A DNA stretch of 64,000 bases. Origin: Rubripirellula sp. Lineage in GTDB: Bacteria > Planctomycetota > Planctomycetia > Pirellulales > Pirellulaceae. The stretch lies in assembly GCA_965216875.1 (NCBI GenBank), contig OZ244207.1:1568001-1632000 (forward strand), given 5' to 3'. The notes under the pieces were generated by a model, which made no database searches, had not been told where the DNA came from, and saw only the letters and a list, made by a program, of their open reading frames with translations. Of the stretch, positions 19,126 to 29,504 are shown in pieces. A program made the position numbers and the translations under genes. How positions within the stretch are numbered: the first letter of the stretch is position 1; the number at the start of each line of letters is the position of its first letter.

Positions 19126-20082
19126 TTACTTATCTGTGCTGGGGCGAATCAGAACCATCACGTTCTGGTCGATTTCGATGCCCTCGCCACGTTTGAAGCC
19201 ACGGCCAACGTAAGGGAGCTTGTTCAATACTGGCACGCGTTTTTCACTTGCAACATGACGCTTGTGGCCGACATAGGGGTCGAGCAACAAGACTTGGTCT
19301 TCGCCGAGCGTCCTCGAAACGCTGACCGACTTGATCAAGTGATAGGGGATCTGCACCTTGGCAGGTTGTGCATCGAATCCGAAAACGGGCTCCGACTTTA
19401 CATCCAGGATCGATTGCCAAGAGATTTGGCCCTTCAACTCAATGCGTGTGGGTGTATCAGGTTTCCACTCGGCGAGTGAGCCTTCAAAGTGGATCTGCGT
19501 TCCTTCTTCGAACACTTCAACAATCGGTGATGTTGCGCCAGCGGTGGTCTTCACACCAACGACAAACGGGCGTTGAGCCATGTCGTTGTAGTTTGCCGAT
19601 TGACCGTCAAGCAAAATGAGGCTTGGTGACATTGCGACTGATGAATGTTCAGCCGCTGCGACCAGGCCCAGGATTTTGCTGGTCAAGTTGTGGTCGATCA
19701 CCCCGGTCGAGACGACTGAGGTTGTGTTGATGTTTCGGTAAGAGCTCGTGTGTTCGTCGGGCGTTTGCGATGCCGTCTCGGCGGGAGCGAGTGGGACGCG
19801 GGTGTGGTTGGTGGTGATTGCTTCGTGACCCACCAGATCGTAAATCGCCTTACGAGTTTCTGCGTCCACCGACAGGAAGGTGGCGGTGACTCGTATCTGC
19901 GCACCGCGTGATGCTTCCAGTCGGGCGGCGATGATCCCCGCGCTACTGCCAACCGACGAAGCTTGCTGGACAGCCTGGGTGGGCTGTGGAAGTTCGACGC
20001 GCAGCTGTGCCGAGGCGGGAGCGGCGGCGAGGCCGACAAACAGGGCGCAAAGCACCGCAAAAATGGTTTCGATCCGTCGCAT
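19126..20082 (-). CDS. Short type II/III secretin-like protein
   Basis: Signal peptide; SPSLILLDGQSA and KRVPVLNKLPYVGRGFK...MVLIRP resemble the secretin C-terminal signature. Confidence 0.6.
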   Translation of the reverse strand: MRRIETIFAVLCALFVGLAAAPASAQLRVELPQPTQAVQQASSVGSSAGIIAARLEASRGAQIRVTATFLSVDAETRKAIYDLVGHEAITTNHTRVPLAPAETASQTPDEHTSSYRNINTTSVVSTGVIDHNLTSKILGLVAAAEHSSVAMSPSLILLDGQSANYNDMAQRPFVVGVKTTAGATSPIVEVFEEGTQIHFEGSLAEWKPDTPTRIELKGQISWQSILDVKSEPVFGFDAQPAKVQIPYHLIKSVSVSRTLGEDQVLLLDPYVGHKRHVASEKRVPVLNKLPYVGRGFKRGEGIEIDQNVMVLIRPSTDK

Positions 20083-20209
20083 GCCAGTGGTCCGTCCGAT
20101 GGGGGTGAAGCGGGAAAAAGAGTTTCACGACAGTTGGCATAGCAAAATCGGCAATGTGGAGTCAACGCGAACTCCCCGCTGCTTGCGATTCAGCCTGAAA
20201 GTTAGGGGA

Positions 20210-20237
20210 AACCACGAGTCAAACGAATCGCACGAAT
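20210..20237. repeat. AACCACGAA-type short repeat; inverted relatives at 28865-28892 and 29399-29426
   Basis: aaccacgagtcaaacgaatcgcacgaat versus attcgtgtcattcgatcaattcgtggtt. Confidence 0.6.
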
Positions 20238-20263
20238 GGGATTCCACTGTGAACTGCACGTCT

Positions 20264-20378
20264 AAACACTCTCCCTTGGGAGAGTCGGGCTCTAAGGCCC
20301 GGAGAGGGTCTGTTTTTGAGAGTCATTTCCTACCCGGGCTTTGCGTCCGACCTTCCCGCAAGCGGGAGGGTGATTGCT
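20264..20378. repeat. Inverted copy of the 115-bp element at 5333-5447
   Basis: aaacactctcccttgggagagtcgggctctaaggcccggagagggt...cccgcaagcgggagggtgattgct. Confidence 0.85.
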
Positions 20379-20529
20379 GTTAGGCAACGACGAATCACAC
20401 CGAATGGGATCGTGGCGGCGCAATTTGAAACTGAGTCAAACCTTCATTATCTTTGGTGAGCACTCCCAAGCATGCGGTCGGCCTGCTTCGACGGGACGGC
20501 GGTTTGGGCACTGGTATTGAGGCTGATGG

Positions 20530-22005
20530 ATGTTCGTGATCATTGGTACAGATGCGCCTCTGTATCACTTTCCGTTCGTGACGATCTTGATCGTTGCCAT
20601 CAATTGCATTCTGCATTGGTCGATCACGATGTTCGGGCTCGATGCCACGCCCTACTACCTTTACTTTGGCGATGGCTTGCATCCTCTGCAGTGGTTGACA
20701 CACAACTTTCTGCATGGCGGTCCGCTCAATGGATGGCCGCACCTTCTTTTCAACATGATCTTTCTGTGGCCATTCGGAATGATCATTGAAGGCAAGATCG
20801 GATGGTGGCGCATGATCTTGCTTTACCTCGCAATCTGCTGTGCGCAAGGATTCACACAACAAGCGTTGATGCTCGGCTCTGATCCGCAAAACCAAGCGGC
20901 GGACTTGGTCCGGTTGCTTGATGATCCCGAAAACCCGATGGAAGAGGACGAGAAAGCGGAGCTGAAGGAGCAGTTTCGAAAGGACATGCTGCGAACGGGC
21001 GTTTGTTCCCTCGGTTCGAGCGCCGCGATCTTTGGCATGATGGCGATCTGTGCCATCTGGGCTCCAGTCAACGAGTTCGAATCGTACTTTCGTTGGAGCG
21101 CTGTGATCCGCGCTTCGGGGGACGGTATGCGCGATTGGACCGTGGGAACGGTCTGTGGCATGTTCGTTGCTAAAGAGTTTGGGATGTTCTTTCTGCAAGG
21201 CGGGGCGATCAGTAGCGCCGCGCTCCATCTCAATGGCTGCATCGTTGGCGGGGCGATCGGTTTGGCGATGCTCTACTTTGGCATGGTCGACTGTGAAGGC
21301 TTCGATGCGATCTCGGTGCTGACAGACGAGCCGTTCAAGGCCAAGCGAACGCTCAAGCGGGAACGGGCAGAACGCATGGCTGCTGCCGAAGCCGCTCGGC
21401 CCAAGGGGCCGCCGCAAGCCGTCGTGCCGCAAATGGCTCATGTTGTCAGCAACCAATTGCGTGCCGAGATGCCTCCGCCCGAAATGATCGAGGAAGCGAT
21501 CCCGGTAAGCGAAACGCAAATGCCCGCGCCGGTCATCCCGTTGCAACCAGTCGATGCTTCGGAGCAGAGTTTCGCTGATGCTGCGCTGCCAGAGTTTGAC
21601 GATGGGGTGGTGGTGATTGACGAGTCGGGCGAGAAACGCACGGAGCTTGAGCAAATGGTTGCTCATGGAAACTTCACCGCTGCGGTACGGGGATTGGCAA
21701 CGCAGCGGAAAAGCGATCGCAGGTTTGTTCTGTCGGCTGCTTCGATGGGCAAGCTTGCCGAAGGGCTGATCGCTGGCGAACACACCAAGCCAGCGATGAC
21801 CGTGCTTCGAATCGCCGCCGACGCCTACCCAGCGTACGCGCCAAGGTGGAAGATTCGCGCCGCTTCGATCGAATTGGCGGTCAACCGCGACGCAATCGCC
21901 GCAATCAAACTACTGCAACAGGTCGACAAGGAAATGCTCGACCGCACGACTCGCGATCAATACGTCAAGATTGCCAAGAAAGCAAAAGAGATGGCGCAGA
22001 TGTAG
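20530..22005 (+). CDS. Rhomboid-family intramembrane serine protease with a C-terminal soluble domain
   Basis: FLHGG...HLLFNMIFLWPFG..IEG, LGSSAAIFG (catalytic Ser), ALHLNG (catalytic His). Confidence 0.8.
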   Translation: MFVIIGTDAPLYHFPFVTILIVAINCILHWSITMFGLDATPYYLYFGDGLHPLQWLTHNFLHGGPLNGWPHLLFNMIFLWPFGMIIEGKIGWWRMILLYLAICCAQGFTQQALMLGSDPQNQAADLVRLLDDPENPMEEDEKAELKEQFRKDMLRTGVCSLGSSAAIFGMMAICAIWAPVNEFESYFRWSAVIRASGDGMRDWTVGTVCGMFVAKEFGMFFLQGGAISSAALHLNGCIVGGAIGLAMLYFGMVDCEGFDAISVLTDEPFKAKRTLKRERAERMAAAEAARPKGPPQAVVPQMAHVVSNQLRAEMPPPEMIEEAIPVSETQMPAPVIPLQPVDASEQSFADAALPEFDDGVVVIDESGEKRTELEQMVAHGNFTAAVRGLATQRKSDRRFVLSAASMGKLAEGLIAGEHTKPAMTVLRIAADAYPAYAPRWKIRAASIELAVNRDAIAAIKLLQQVDKEMLDRTTRDQYVKIAKKAKEMAQM

Positions 22006-22008
22006 TCG

Positions 22009-22404
22009 CTACATCGAGATGGGTGTGCAAATCTCAATCAGAAGTCCGTCCGGTGCTCGAACGTAGGCGACCGTTTGTCCCCATGGCTTCTGTTTCGCTG
22101 GGACAAGCAATTCGCCACCCGCTTCGACCGCTTGTTTGATCGCGGCGTCGACATCCTCGGTGACGATGGCGAGTTCGAAGGCGACCGGCTGGTCACCGTC
22201 GAGCTTGCGGTAGCTACCGGGCAAATTCGATTCGGCAAGTTGATGGGAAGCGAATGCGAGAACGGTTTCGCCGGTGGCAAGTTCGCCATAGGCGCTGCCG
22301 TCCTCTTCGTTGAAGAAGCGTCTCTCGAAACCGAAGGCCGATTCAAAGAAGGTCAAGCTGGCGTTGACGTCGGCGACGTAGGCAATGGTGTAGCCGAATT
22401 TCAT
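22009..22404 (-). CDS. VOC/glyoxalase family protein
   Basis: MKFGYTIAYVADV..SLTFF, KPWGQTVAYVRAPDGLLIEIC; AGGAG RBS. Confidence 0.88.
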   Translation of the reverse strand: MKFGYTIAYVADVNASLTFFESAFGFERRFFNEEDGSAYGELATGETVLAFASHQLAESNLPGSYRKLDGDQPVAFELAIVTEDVDAAIKQAVEAGGELLVPAKQKPWGQTVAYVRAPDGLLIEICTPISM

Positions 22405-22493
22405 TCGGAACTCCTGATTGAGGGAAACCAACGTGTGTCGGTTGTGCAGCCGACGAGCGAGGCATCAACTTGACCCGGCATTTGGTCATCGAC

Positions 22494-23582
22494 TCAGTCG
22501 GCTTCGGCGCGCGGGTACGATCCGAGGATGGTGAGGAATTGAGTTTGCGCTTCGAGTGCAGCAACGCATTGGGCGACGGACGCGTCGTCGCGATGCCCGG
22601 TCAATTCGGCGAAAAACAGGTATTCGTTTTTTGTCTCGGGCGCAGGGAACGATTCGATCCAAGTCAGGTTCAAGTCGTTCTCTTTGAAGAGCGTCATCGC
22701 ATCGGCAAGTGCGCCCGGTTTATGGCTGACTTGAAAGAGCAGGGCCGTTTTGTCATCGCCTGACGCTGGCGGTGTCTCCTTTCCAAGCACGGCGAATCGG
22801 GTGACGTTGTTGGGGTTGTCTTCGATGTTGGCATCGATCACGTCGAGTCCATATTGGCGTCCCGCCTCGAGGCTGGCGACGGCAGCGACCCCTTTTTGAC
22901 TCGCCGCGTTCTTGGCGGCGAAGGCGGTGCTGCTGACTTCGACCAGCCGGGCCGATGGCAATTGATTTGCCAGCCAGCCGCGGCATTGCGACAGCGCTTG
23001 TGGCTTACTTTGAACTTCGGTGATCTCATCTCGCGGCGTGCAAGACAGCAAGTTGTGGTGAATGGGCATCACGACTTCGCCGCAAATGTTCATTTCACGA
23101 TTGCGGACGAACATCCCGAGCGTGTCGACAACACGGCCATCGGTACTGTTTTCAATCGGGACCACGCCGCAGGCCGAATCGCCTCGCGTGACTGCATCGA
23201 AGACGGCGGGAATCGATGCGACCGGAACGAGATCGGTGGCATCGCCAAAGTACTTGAGCGTTGCCAGGTGACTGTAGCTGTGAAGCGGACCCAGGTAGGC
23301 GACGCGCATCGAGTGGATCGTCTGTAGGCAGACACTCGAGATGTGTCGGAGGACGTCGCCTTTGGCCTCAAGTGAAATGGGGTCGTCATCATCAACGGCA
23401 TCGAGCAAATGAAAGATCTGCTGTGACGCGGTTGCGACGCGACCGACAAGTCCGTCACCGTCACCTCGACAGAGGTCGCGAACGAGCTGTCCGCGTCGAG
23501 AAAGGAGCTCAAGAATTTGACGGTCGATGGCGTCGATGTCGGATGCCGTCGGCGGTTGTGGATTGGGATCTGAATCGGCCAT
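22494..23582 (-). CDS. pheA: Chorismate mutase / prephenate dehydratase (P-protein)
   Basis: IDAIDRQILELLSRR (CM), VAYLGP, VVPIENSTDG, NVTRF, ACT domain with HKPGAL...NLTWIESFP. Confidence 0.93.
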   Translation of the reverse strand: MADSDPNPQPPTASDIDAIDRQILELLSRRGQLVRDLCRGDGDGLVGRVATASQQIFHLLDAVDDDDPISLEAKGDVLRHISSVCLQTIHSMRVAYLGPLHSYSHLATLKYFGDATDLVPVASIPAVFDAVTRGDSACGVVPIENSTDGRVVDTLGMFVRNREMNICGEVVMPIHHNLLSCTPRDEITEVQSKPQALSQCRGWLANQLPSARLVEVSSTAFAAKNAASQKGVAAVASLEAGRQYGLDVIDANIEDNPNNVTRFAVLGKETPPASGDDKTALLFQVSHKPGALADAMTLFKENDLNLTWIESFPAPETKNEYLFFAELTGHRDDASVAQCVAALEAQTQFLTILGSYPRAEAD

Positions 23583-23904
23583 TTCGAAGGCAGCACGCGT
23601 TAATCAATTGAATAGGTTGTGCGTCATCGTAGCCCTATGCAGCCCTTTCGAATACGCGGGCAAGCGATCGTTGCAGTCTCCGGCGCCCGTTTTCTTCTTA
23701 CTCGATCGAGTCGTTGCCGCGAAAAGTCTGTCATTTTGACACGCGGGGGGAACGTGGTAATTGGGGGGATTTTTCGGCCTGTCAAAAATGCGGTTTCCAG
23801 ACCGAATGGTCGGAAGTCAAAATGCTGGAAATGCCGTAATTCACGGTCTGTTTGCGATGGCAGGTCAATTCAGCAGGGAATTATTCACAACATTTCGCGT
23901 TCTC

Positions 23905-23919
23905 TGGCACGGCCTTTGC
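23905..23919 (+). promoter_or_regulatory. Sigma-54 -24/-12 promoter upstream of dnaK
   Basis: TGGCACG-GCCT-TTGC is an exact match to the TGGCACG-N4-TTGC consensus. Confidence 0.7.
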
Positions 23920-24083
23920 CAAGTTATCGATCGTCCTCGGAAATCTGACCAAACAGACAGTTTCGAGGCTGAACCGGGCTAACCAAAAACACAGACAACT
24001 CGCGGCAAACGATCGCCCTAGAAACAGAGGCCAGCCGCGGTATCCATACAAACTGTAAGTCTTAGCGAAGGAGAAATTGAGAG

Positions 24084-26015
24084 ATGGCGCAAGGCGAAAA
24101 GATTATCGGAATCGACTTGGGAACCACCAACAGCGTTGTCGCTGTGATGGAAGGTAGCGAACCAAAGGTGATTCCCAACCCGGAAGGAAACCGACTGACG
24201 CCAAGCGTTGTCGCGTTCACGGACAAAGAAGATACGATCGTCGGCGAACCTGCACGTCGCCAAGCGGTGACCAATCCAAAACGCACGGTCTATTCGGCCA
24301 AACGCTTCATGGGACGTCGTCATCATGAAGTCGAATCCGAAGAAAAGATGGTGCCGTATGGCGTCGCCGGTGCGGCCGACGAATACGTCAAGATCGAAAT
24401 CGGTGACAGCAGCTACACGCCGCAAGAGATTTCGGCAAAGGTACTCCGCAAGCTCAAAGAGTCCGCCGAGTCGTACCTTGGCCACACGGTCAACAAGGCT
24501 GTGATCACCGTGCCTGCGTACTTCAACGATGCTCAGCGCCAAGCCACCAAAGATGCTGGCCAAATCGCTGGTCTGGAAGTCGCGCGTATCATCAACGAGC
24601 CAACTGCGGCGGCACTCGCCTATGGCTTGGATAAGAAGAACAACGAAAAGATCATCGTGTTTGACCTCGGTGGTGGTACCTTTGACGTTTCCGTTCTTGA
24701 AGTGGACCCGGGTGACGAAGATCAAGAAAGCCGCGTCTTTCAAGTGATCAGTACCTCCGGTGACACGCATCTTGGTGGTGACGACTTTGACGAAGCGTTG
24801 ATTCACTACGTTGCCGAGGAGTTCAAGAAGGACAACGCGATTGACCTCCGCAACGACCCCATGGCGCTGCAACGTTTGCAGGAAGCTTGCGAGAAGGCCA
24901 AGAAAGAACTCAGCTCATTGCCTGAGACCGACATCAACTTGCCCTTCATCACGATGGACCAATCGGGTCCAAAGCACTTGACGATGAAGATCACGCGCAG
25001 CAAGTTCGAAGAGTTGATCGACGACTTGGTCGAGCGTTGTCGCAAGCCGGTTCTTCAAGCACTCGAAGATGCCGGTTTGAAGCCAAGCGAGATCGACGAG
25101 ATTGTCTTGGTCGGTGGTAGCACACGCGTTCCCAAAGTTCGCGAAGTGGTCAAAGCCATCTTCGGCAAAGAGCCTCACCAAGGTGTGAACCCTGACGAAG
25201 TCGTTGCCGTTGGTGCCGCGATCCAAGGAAGCGTCTTGGCTGGCGATCGCACCGATGTGTTGCTGCTTGACGTCACCCCGTTGACTCTCGGTATCGAGAC
25301 CGAAGGTGGTGTGATGACGGCATTGGTCGAACGTAACACGACGATTCCGGCAGAAAAGAAGAACGTCTTCAGTACGGCTGCGGACAATCAAACGGCGGTG
25401 ACCGTTCGGGTGTTCCAGGGTGAGCGCAAAATGGCATCGAGCAATCGATTGCTGGGCGAATTCAACCTCGAAGGTATCCCGCCGCAACCGCGTGGTGTTC
25501 CTCAGATCGAAGTCAAGTTTGATATCGACCAGAACGGCATCTTGAGTGTCTCGGCCAAGGAGCTGAAGACAGGCAAAGAAGCTTCGGTCGAGATCAAAGA
25601 GGCCGGCGGTTTGAGCGAAGATGAAATCGATCAAATGCGCAAAGACGCCGAATCGAACGCGGACGATGATCGCAAGCAATTTGAACTTGCCGAAGCTCGC
25701 AACAAGGGCAACCAGCAAGTGCATGAGCTTGAAAAGCTGATGAAGGAGCACGATGACAAGTTGTCCGATGATGACAAGGCTCCAATGACGCAGGCGATCG
25801 AAAAGGTTCGCAAGGCCGTCGAGACTGACGATGCCGAGTCGATCAATCAAGCGACCGCTGAACTCGAAACTGCCGCACAGGCCTTTAGCAAAGTGCTTTA
25901 TGAAAAGAACGAAGCGGCCGGCGGTGCGGACGCTGCCGGTGGTGACGCCGCCGGCGCTGCTGCCGATTCAGACGACGACGATGCGATCGACGCCGACTTT
26001 GAAGTGAAGAACTAG
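24084..26015 (+). CDS. dnaK: Chaperone DnaK (Hsp70)
   Basis: [53 protein letters not shown]-terminal DADFEVK. Confidence 0.98.
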   Translation: MAQGEKIIGIDLGTTNSVVAVMEGSEPKVIPNPEGNRLTPSVVAFTDKEDTIVGEPARRQAVTNPKRTVYSAKRFMGRRHHEVESEEKMVPYGVAGAADEYVKIEIGDSSYTPQEISAKVLRKLKESAESYLGHTVNKAVITVPAYFNDAQRQATKDAGQIAGLEVARIINEPTAAALAYGLDKKNNEKIIVFDLGGGTFDVSVLEVDPGDEDQESRVFQVISTSGDTHLGGDDFDEALIHYVAEEFKKDNAIDLRNDPMALQRLQEACEKAKKELSSLPETDINLPFITMDQSGPKHLTMKITRSKFEELIDDLVERCRKPVLQALEDAGLKPSEIDEIVLVGGSTRVPKVREVVKAIFGKEPHQGVNPDEVVAVGAAIQGSVLAGDRTDVLLLDVTPLTLGIETEGGVMTALVERNTTIPAEKKNVFSTAADNQTAVTVRVFQGERKMASSNRLLGEFNLEGIPPQPRGVPQIEVKFDIDQNGILSVSAKELKTGKEASVEIKEAGGLSEDEIDQMRKDAESNADDDRKQFELAEARNKGNQQVHELEKLMKEHDDKLSDDDKAPMTQAIEKVRKAVETDDAESINQATAELETAAQAFSKVLYEKNEAAGGADAAGGDAAGAAADSDDDDAIDADFEVKN

Positions 26016-26043
26016 TTGGTTTCTCCCAGCTGATCCAATCGCG

Positions 26044-26074
26044 AAAAGGCGGGTGATTTTCACCCGCCTTTTTT
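26044..26074 (+). terminator. Rho-independent terminator after dnaK
   Basis: AAAAGGCGGGTGA-tt-TTCACCCGCCTTTTTT. Confidence 0.85.
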
Positions 26075-26092
26075 GTTGCACAAACACCTCGG

Positions 26093-26108
26093 TGGCGCGC
26101 GAGTTGCA
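26093..26108 (+). promoter_or_regulatory. Sigma-54 -24/-12 promoter upstream of clpB
   Basis: TGGCGCG-CGAG-TTGCA, just after the dnaK terminator and about 30 bp before the clpB ATG. Confidence 0.65.
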
Positions 26109-26138
26109 TCGTTACTAGGAACAAAGGAGAAGACTGCC

Positions 26139-28799
26139 ATGCCATTCCGATTCGACAAACTGACAACCAAAGCGCAATCCTTGGTCGCTGAAGCTCAAGG
26201 CCGCGCCGCGTCTGCGGGGAATCCCGAGATCACGCCGTTGCATCTGATGGGAGCAATGCTTGATGAGAGTGATGGGATCACACGCCCGTTGCTTGAAAAG
26301 ATGAGTGTAGACGCCGCGAAACTGGCCGAGCTCGTCGCGAGTGAGGCAGAGCGACTACCGAGCGTTTCTGGTGGGCGGCAGCCGAGCATTGCGGCCGCGC
26401 TGCAAAAGACCTTTGATGCAGCCGCGGAAGCCGCAGAGACGTTGGGTGACGAATACGTGAGCACCGAGCATCTGCTGCTTGGCCTCGCCCGAGCAGACAG
26501 CAAAGCGAACAGCTTGCTAAAGATGCTGGGCGTTGATGACAACGATGTGCTGCAAGCGATGAGTGAAGTGCGCGGATCGGCACGGGTGACCGACCAAAAC
26601 GCCGAGGCGACCTATCAGGCGCTTCAGAAATTCGGCGTCGATCTAACGGAACTTGCGTCCCAGGGTAAGCTCGATCCTGTGATTGGCCGCGATGGCGAAA
26701 TCAGGCGAGTGGTCCAAGTCCTCTCTCGACGTACCAAGAACAATCCCGTTTTGATTGGGCAGCCAGGCGTCGGTAAAACGGCGATTGCCGAGGGTCTCGC
26801 TCTGCGTATCTTTGAAGGCGACATTCCACAGAGTCTCAAAGGCAAACGGGTGATTGCGCTCGACATGGGCGCCCTCGTTGCCGGTGCGAAATTCCGCGGT
26901 GATTTCGAAGAACGCCTCAAAGCGGTGCTGCGCGAAGTCAAAGACTCCAACGGGCAAGTGATCCTCTTTATTGATGAATTGCATCTGGTCGTCGGTGCCG
27001 GGAAAGCCGAAGGCGCTGCCGATGCAGCGAACCTTCTCAAGCCCGAGTTGGCTCGCGGTTCGTTGCGTTGTATCGGCGCAACGACCTTGGATGAATACCG
27101 ACAACACATCGAAAAGGACGCCGCGCTTGAGCGTCGATTCCAGCCCGTCTACGTTGGTGAGCCCGCGGTTGAAGACACGATCGCGATTCTTCGCGGTTTG
27201 AAGAGTCGCTATGAGTCGCATCATGGTGTGCGGATCACTGATAGCGCGCTGGTTGCTGCAGCCACCCTCTCGAATCGCTACATCGCCGACCGTTTCTTGC
27301 CAGACAAGGCGATCGATTTGGTCGATGAAGCGGCAAGCCGGTTGGCGATGGAAAAGGAAAGTGTTCCTGAGCCAATCGACCAGATTCAACGGCGTCTTCG
27401 GCAGCTCGAACTCGCGCACCGTCAGCTTGCTGATGAAGAAGAAGCTTCGGCCGTTTCTCGACGCGAAGAGGTCGAAGAGGAAATGGAAACGCTTGGGCGT
27501 GAGCTCGCGAACCTGCGCGAACAGTGGGAAGCCGAAAAGATCGGTTTGGATGACGTGCAAACCATTCGTCAAGAAGCGGACCAGTTACAGCATCGATTCG
27601 CGACGCTTGACGCCGAAGCGAAAGAGATGCAGCTGCGCGGCGAAAGCCCCGAGAAGCTGTATCAGGAGATGCTTGATGTTCGGGCACGACAAGGCGAACT
27701 GGAGAAGAAACTGGAAGAGGCCGAGCGACACGATGATTCTGCAAAGGGAGCCACTGAGGATGACAAGCGACGTTTGTTGCGTCGCGATGTGACCGAAGAC
27801 GAAATCGCGGAAGTGGTCAGTCTTTGGACCGGCGTTCCCGTGACACGGATGCTAGAAACCGAACGAGCCAAATTGCTGGTGATGGAGGAACGGTTGCATC
27901 AACGTGTCGTTGGGCAACATGAGGCGGTTGAAGCAGTTGCCGATGCCGTGCGTCGCAGCCGAAGCGGATTGCAAGATCCGCAGCGACCGATCGGTTCGTT
28001 CCTGTTCCTGGGGCCCACCGGTGTCGGAAAGACCGAACTGTGCAAAGCGCTCGCCGAAGTCATGTTTGATGATGAGTCGGCGATGGTCCGCATCGACATG
28101 AGTGAGTTCATGGAACGGCACAGTGTGTCGCGTTTGATCGGGGCGCCTCCGGGATACGTTGGCTACGAAGAAGGTGGCAAGCTGACCGAAGCGGTTCGTC
28201 GACGCCCCTATGCTGTGCTATTGCTTGACGAGATGGAGAAGGCACATCCCGACGTCTTTAACATTCTGTTGCAGGTCCTTGATGATGGGCGTTTGACCGA
28301 CGGCCACGGCCGAACGGTCGATTTCACCAACACGGTCATCGTGATGACCAGTAACGCCGGAAGTCAGGTGATCCAACAAGTGACCGAGCAGGGCGGTGAC
28401 GAGGAGGAGATTCGCGATGCGGTGCACGAATCGCTCAAGGCCAGGTTCTTGCCCGAGTTCCTTAACCGTATCGATGACATCGTGATCTTCCACCCACTCA
28501 ACCGCGAGGAGATTCGAGAGATTGTTGCGTTGCAGCTCGAGGGGCTCGCGAAACGTCTGGAAGAAAACGGATTGCAGATGTCGGTGAGTGAATCTGCGAT
28601 CGATGCAATTGCTAATGTCGGATACGACCCAACCTACGGTGCTCGACCGCTCAAGCGGGCGATCCAGCGCGAGATCCAGAATCAGCTGGCAACCGCGCTG
28701 TTGAAGGGGGCCTATGAGGAAGGGACCACGATCTATGTCGACCACGCCGGCGACGCGTTCACGTTTTCGGATAAACCGCCCGCGCAGGCAACGGTGTAG
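26139..28799 (+). CDS. clpB: ATP-dependent chaperone ClpB
   Basis: Clp N domain, GQPGVGKT and GPTGVGKT Walker A motifs, coiled-coil M domain, [36 protein letters not shown]. Confidence 0.97.
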   Translation: MPFRFDKLTTKAQSLVAEAQGRAASAGNPEITPLHLMGAMLDESDGITRPLLEKMSVDAAKLAELVASEAERLPSVSGGRQPSIAAALQKTFDAAAEAAETLGDEYVSTEHLLLGLARADSKANSLLKMLGVDDNDVLQAMSEVRGSARVTDQNAEATYQALQKFGVDLTELASQGKLDPVIGRDGEIRRVVQVLSRRTKNNPVLIGQPGVGKTAIAEGLALRIFEGDIPQSLKGKRVIALDMGALVAGAKFRGDFEERLKAVLREVKDSNGQVILFIDELHLVVGAGKAEGAADAANLLKPELARGSLRCIGATTLDEYRQHIEKDAALERRFQPVYVGEPAVEDTIAILRGLKSRYESHHGVRITDSALVAAATLSNRYIADRFLPDKAIDLVDEAASRLAMEKESVPEPIDQIQRRLRQLELAHRQLADEEEASAVSRREEVEEEMETLGRELANLREQWEAEKIGLDDVQTIRQEADQLQHRFATLDAEAKEMQLRGESPEKLYQEMLDVRARQGELEKKLEEAERHDDSAKGATEDDKRRLLRRDVTEDEIAEVVSLWTGVPVTRMLETERAKLLVMEERLHQRVVGQHEAVEAVADAVRRSRSGLQDPQRPIGSFLFLGPTGVGKTELCKALAEVMFDDESAMVRIDMSEFMERHSVSRLIGAPPGYVGYEEGGKLTEAVRRRPYAVLLLDEMEKAHPDVFNILLQVLDDGRLTDGHGRTVDFTNTVIVMTSNAGSQVIQQVTEQGGDEEEIRDAVHESLKARFLPEFLNRIDDIVIFHPLNREEIREIVALQLEGLAKRLEENGLQMSVSESAIDAIANVGYDPTYGARPLKRAIQREIQNQLATALLKGAYEEGTTIYVDHAGDAFTFSDKPPAQATV

Positions 28800-28864
28800 A
28801 GGCGGCGGGAAGGCGAATGGTTGGATTTGTCGGGCGGGCGGCTAACGCTGCAGTCTCGAAACCT

Positions 28865-29426
28865 ATTCGTGTAATTCGATCGATTCGTAGTTGTTTTTCG
28901 CTCCTTTAGGAGCGGCGGCCTTTCGCGCAGCAAGTGGGCTCAATGTTTCGAACGATCCGATAGATAGGCATGAAGTATTCTTGCATATTGCTGCTACGAA
29001 TGAGGTGTTAGATGGCAGCATCGTGAACGTTCTGGCCCCATGTCGTTCTCCGAATCTGTCGCCCTGCGGGCTGAGGTCTATTTTGCTTGTACTCCGGTGG
29101 CTCACGCCACCGGCAGAAATATGCCGGCCTCCGGCCTAAACGCTACTCGCGCGGCAGCGAGCGCGTTCCATCTAGGCCGGCGGGCGGAATAAGAACTGCC
29201 GGGGTCGTAAGACCTTGGACCCCGATGGTCAAAAACCTGGACGTTCCTCGGGGGCAGGGTACCGGCGTAACCGCAGATGCACACTGACAAACGCAGATAG
29301 CAATAACGCTGATCTGCGTCCACTTGCGTTCATCTGCGGTTTCCTCGCCTCCGCAAAGCGAGTAACACAACCCTGTTGCCTCTCGAATTCGCAAACTCAT
29401 TCGTGTCATTCGATCAATTCGTGGTT
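28865..29426. repeat. Cluster of several REP-like palindrome families
   Basis: attcgtg...attcgt(a/g)gtt units (28865, 29399); ccggtggctcacgccaccggca / ggccggc element (about 29056-29218); AACCGCAGAT...ATCTGCGGTT hairpin (29269-29341). Confidence 0.7.
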
Positions 29427-29504
29427 GTCTTTCACACGTGTAGCGACGGCAGCTAGCCGCTCACATGCGCGTTCGGGAGGGTGACGCTCACGCAGAGCCG
29501 ATGG

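Noticed and set aside
24018..25850. Long antisense ORFs (284 and 311 aa) opposite dnaK
   Set aside because: Shadow ORFs caused by codon bias of the highly conserved dnaK gene. The same applies to ORFs opposite clpB, ppdK, the rhomboid and the fasciclin genes.
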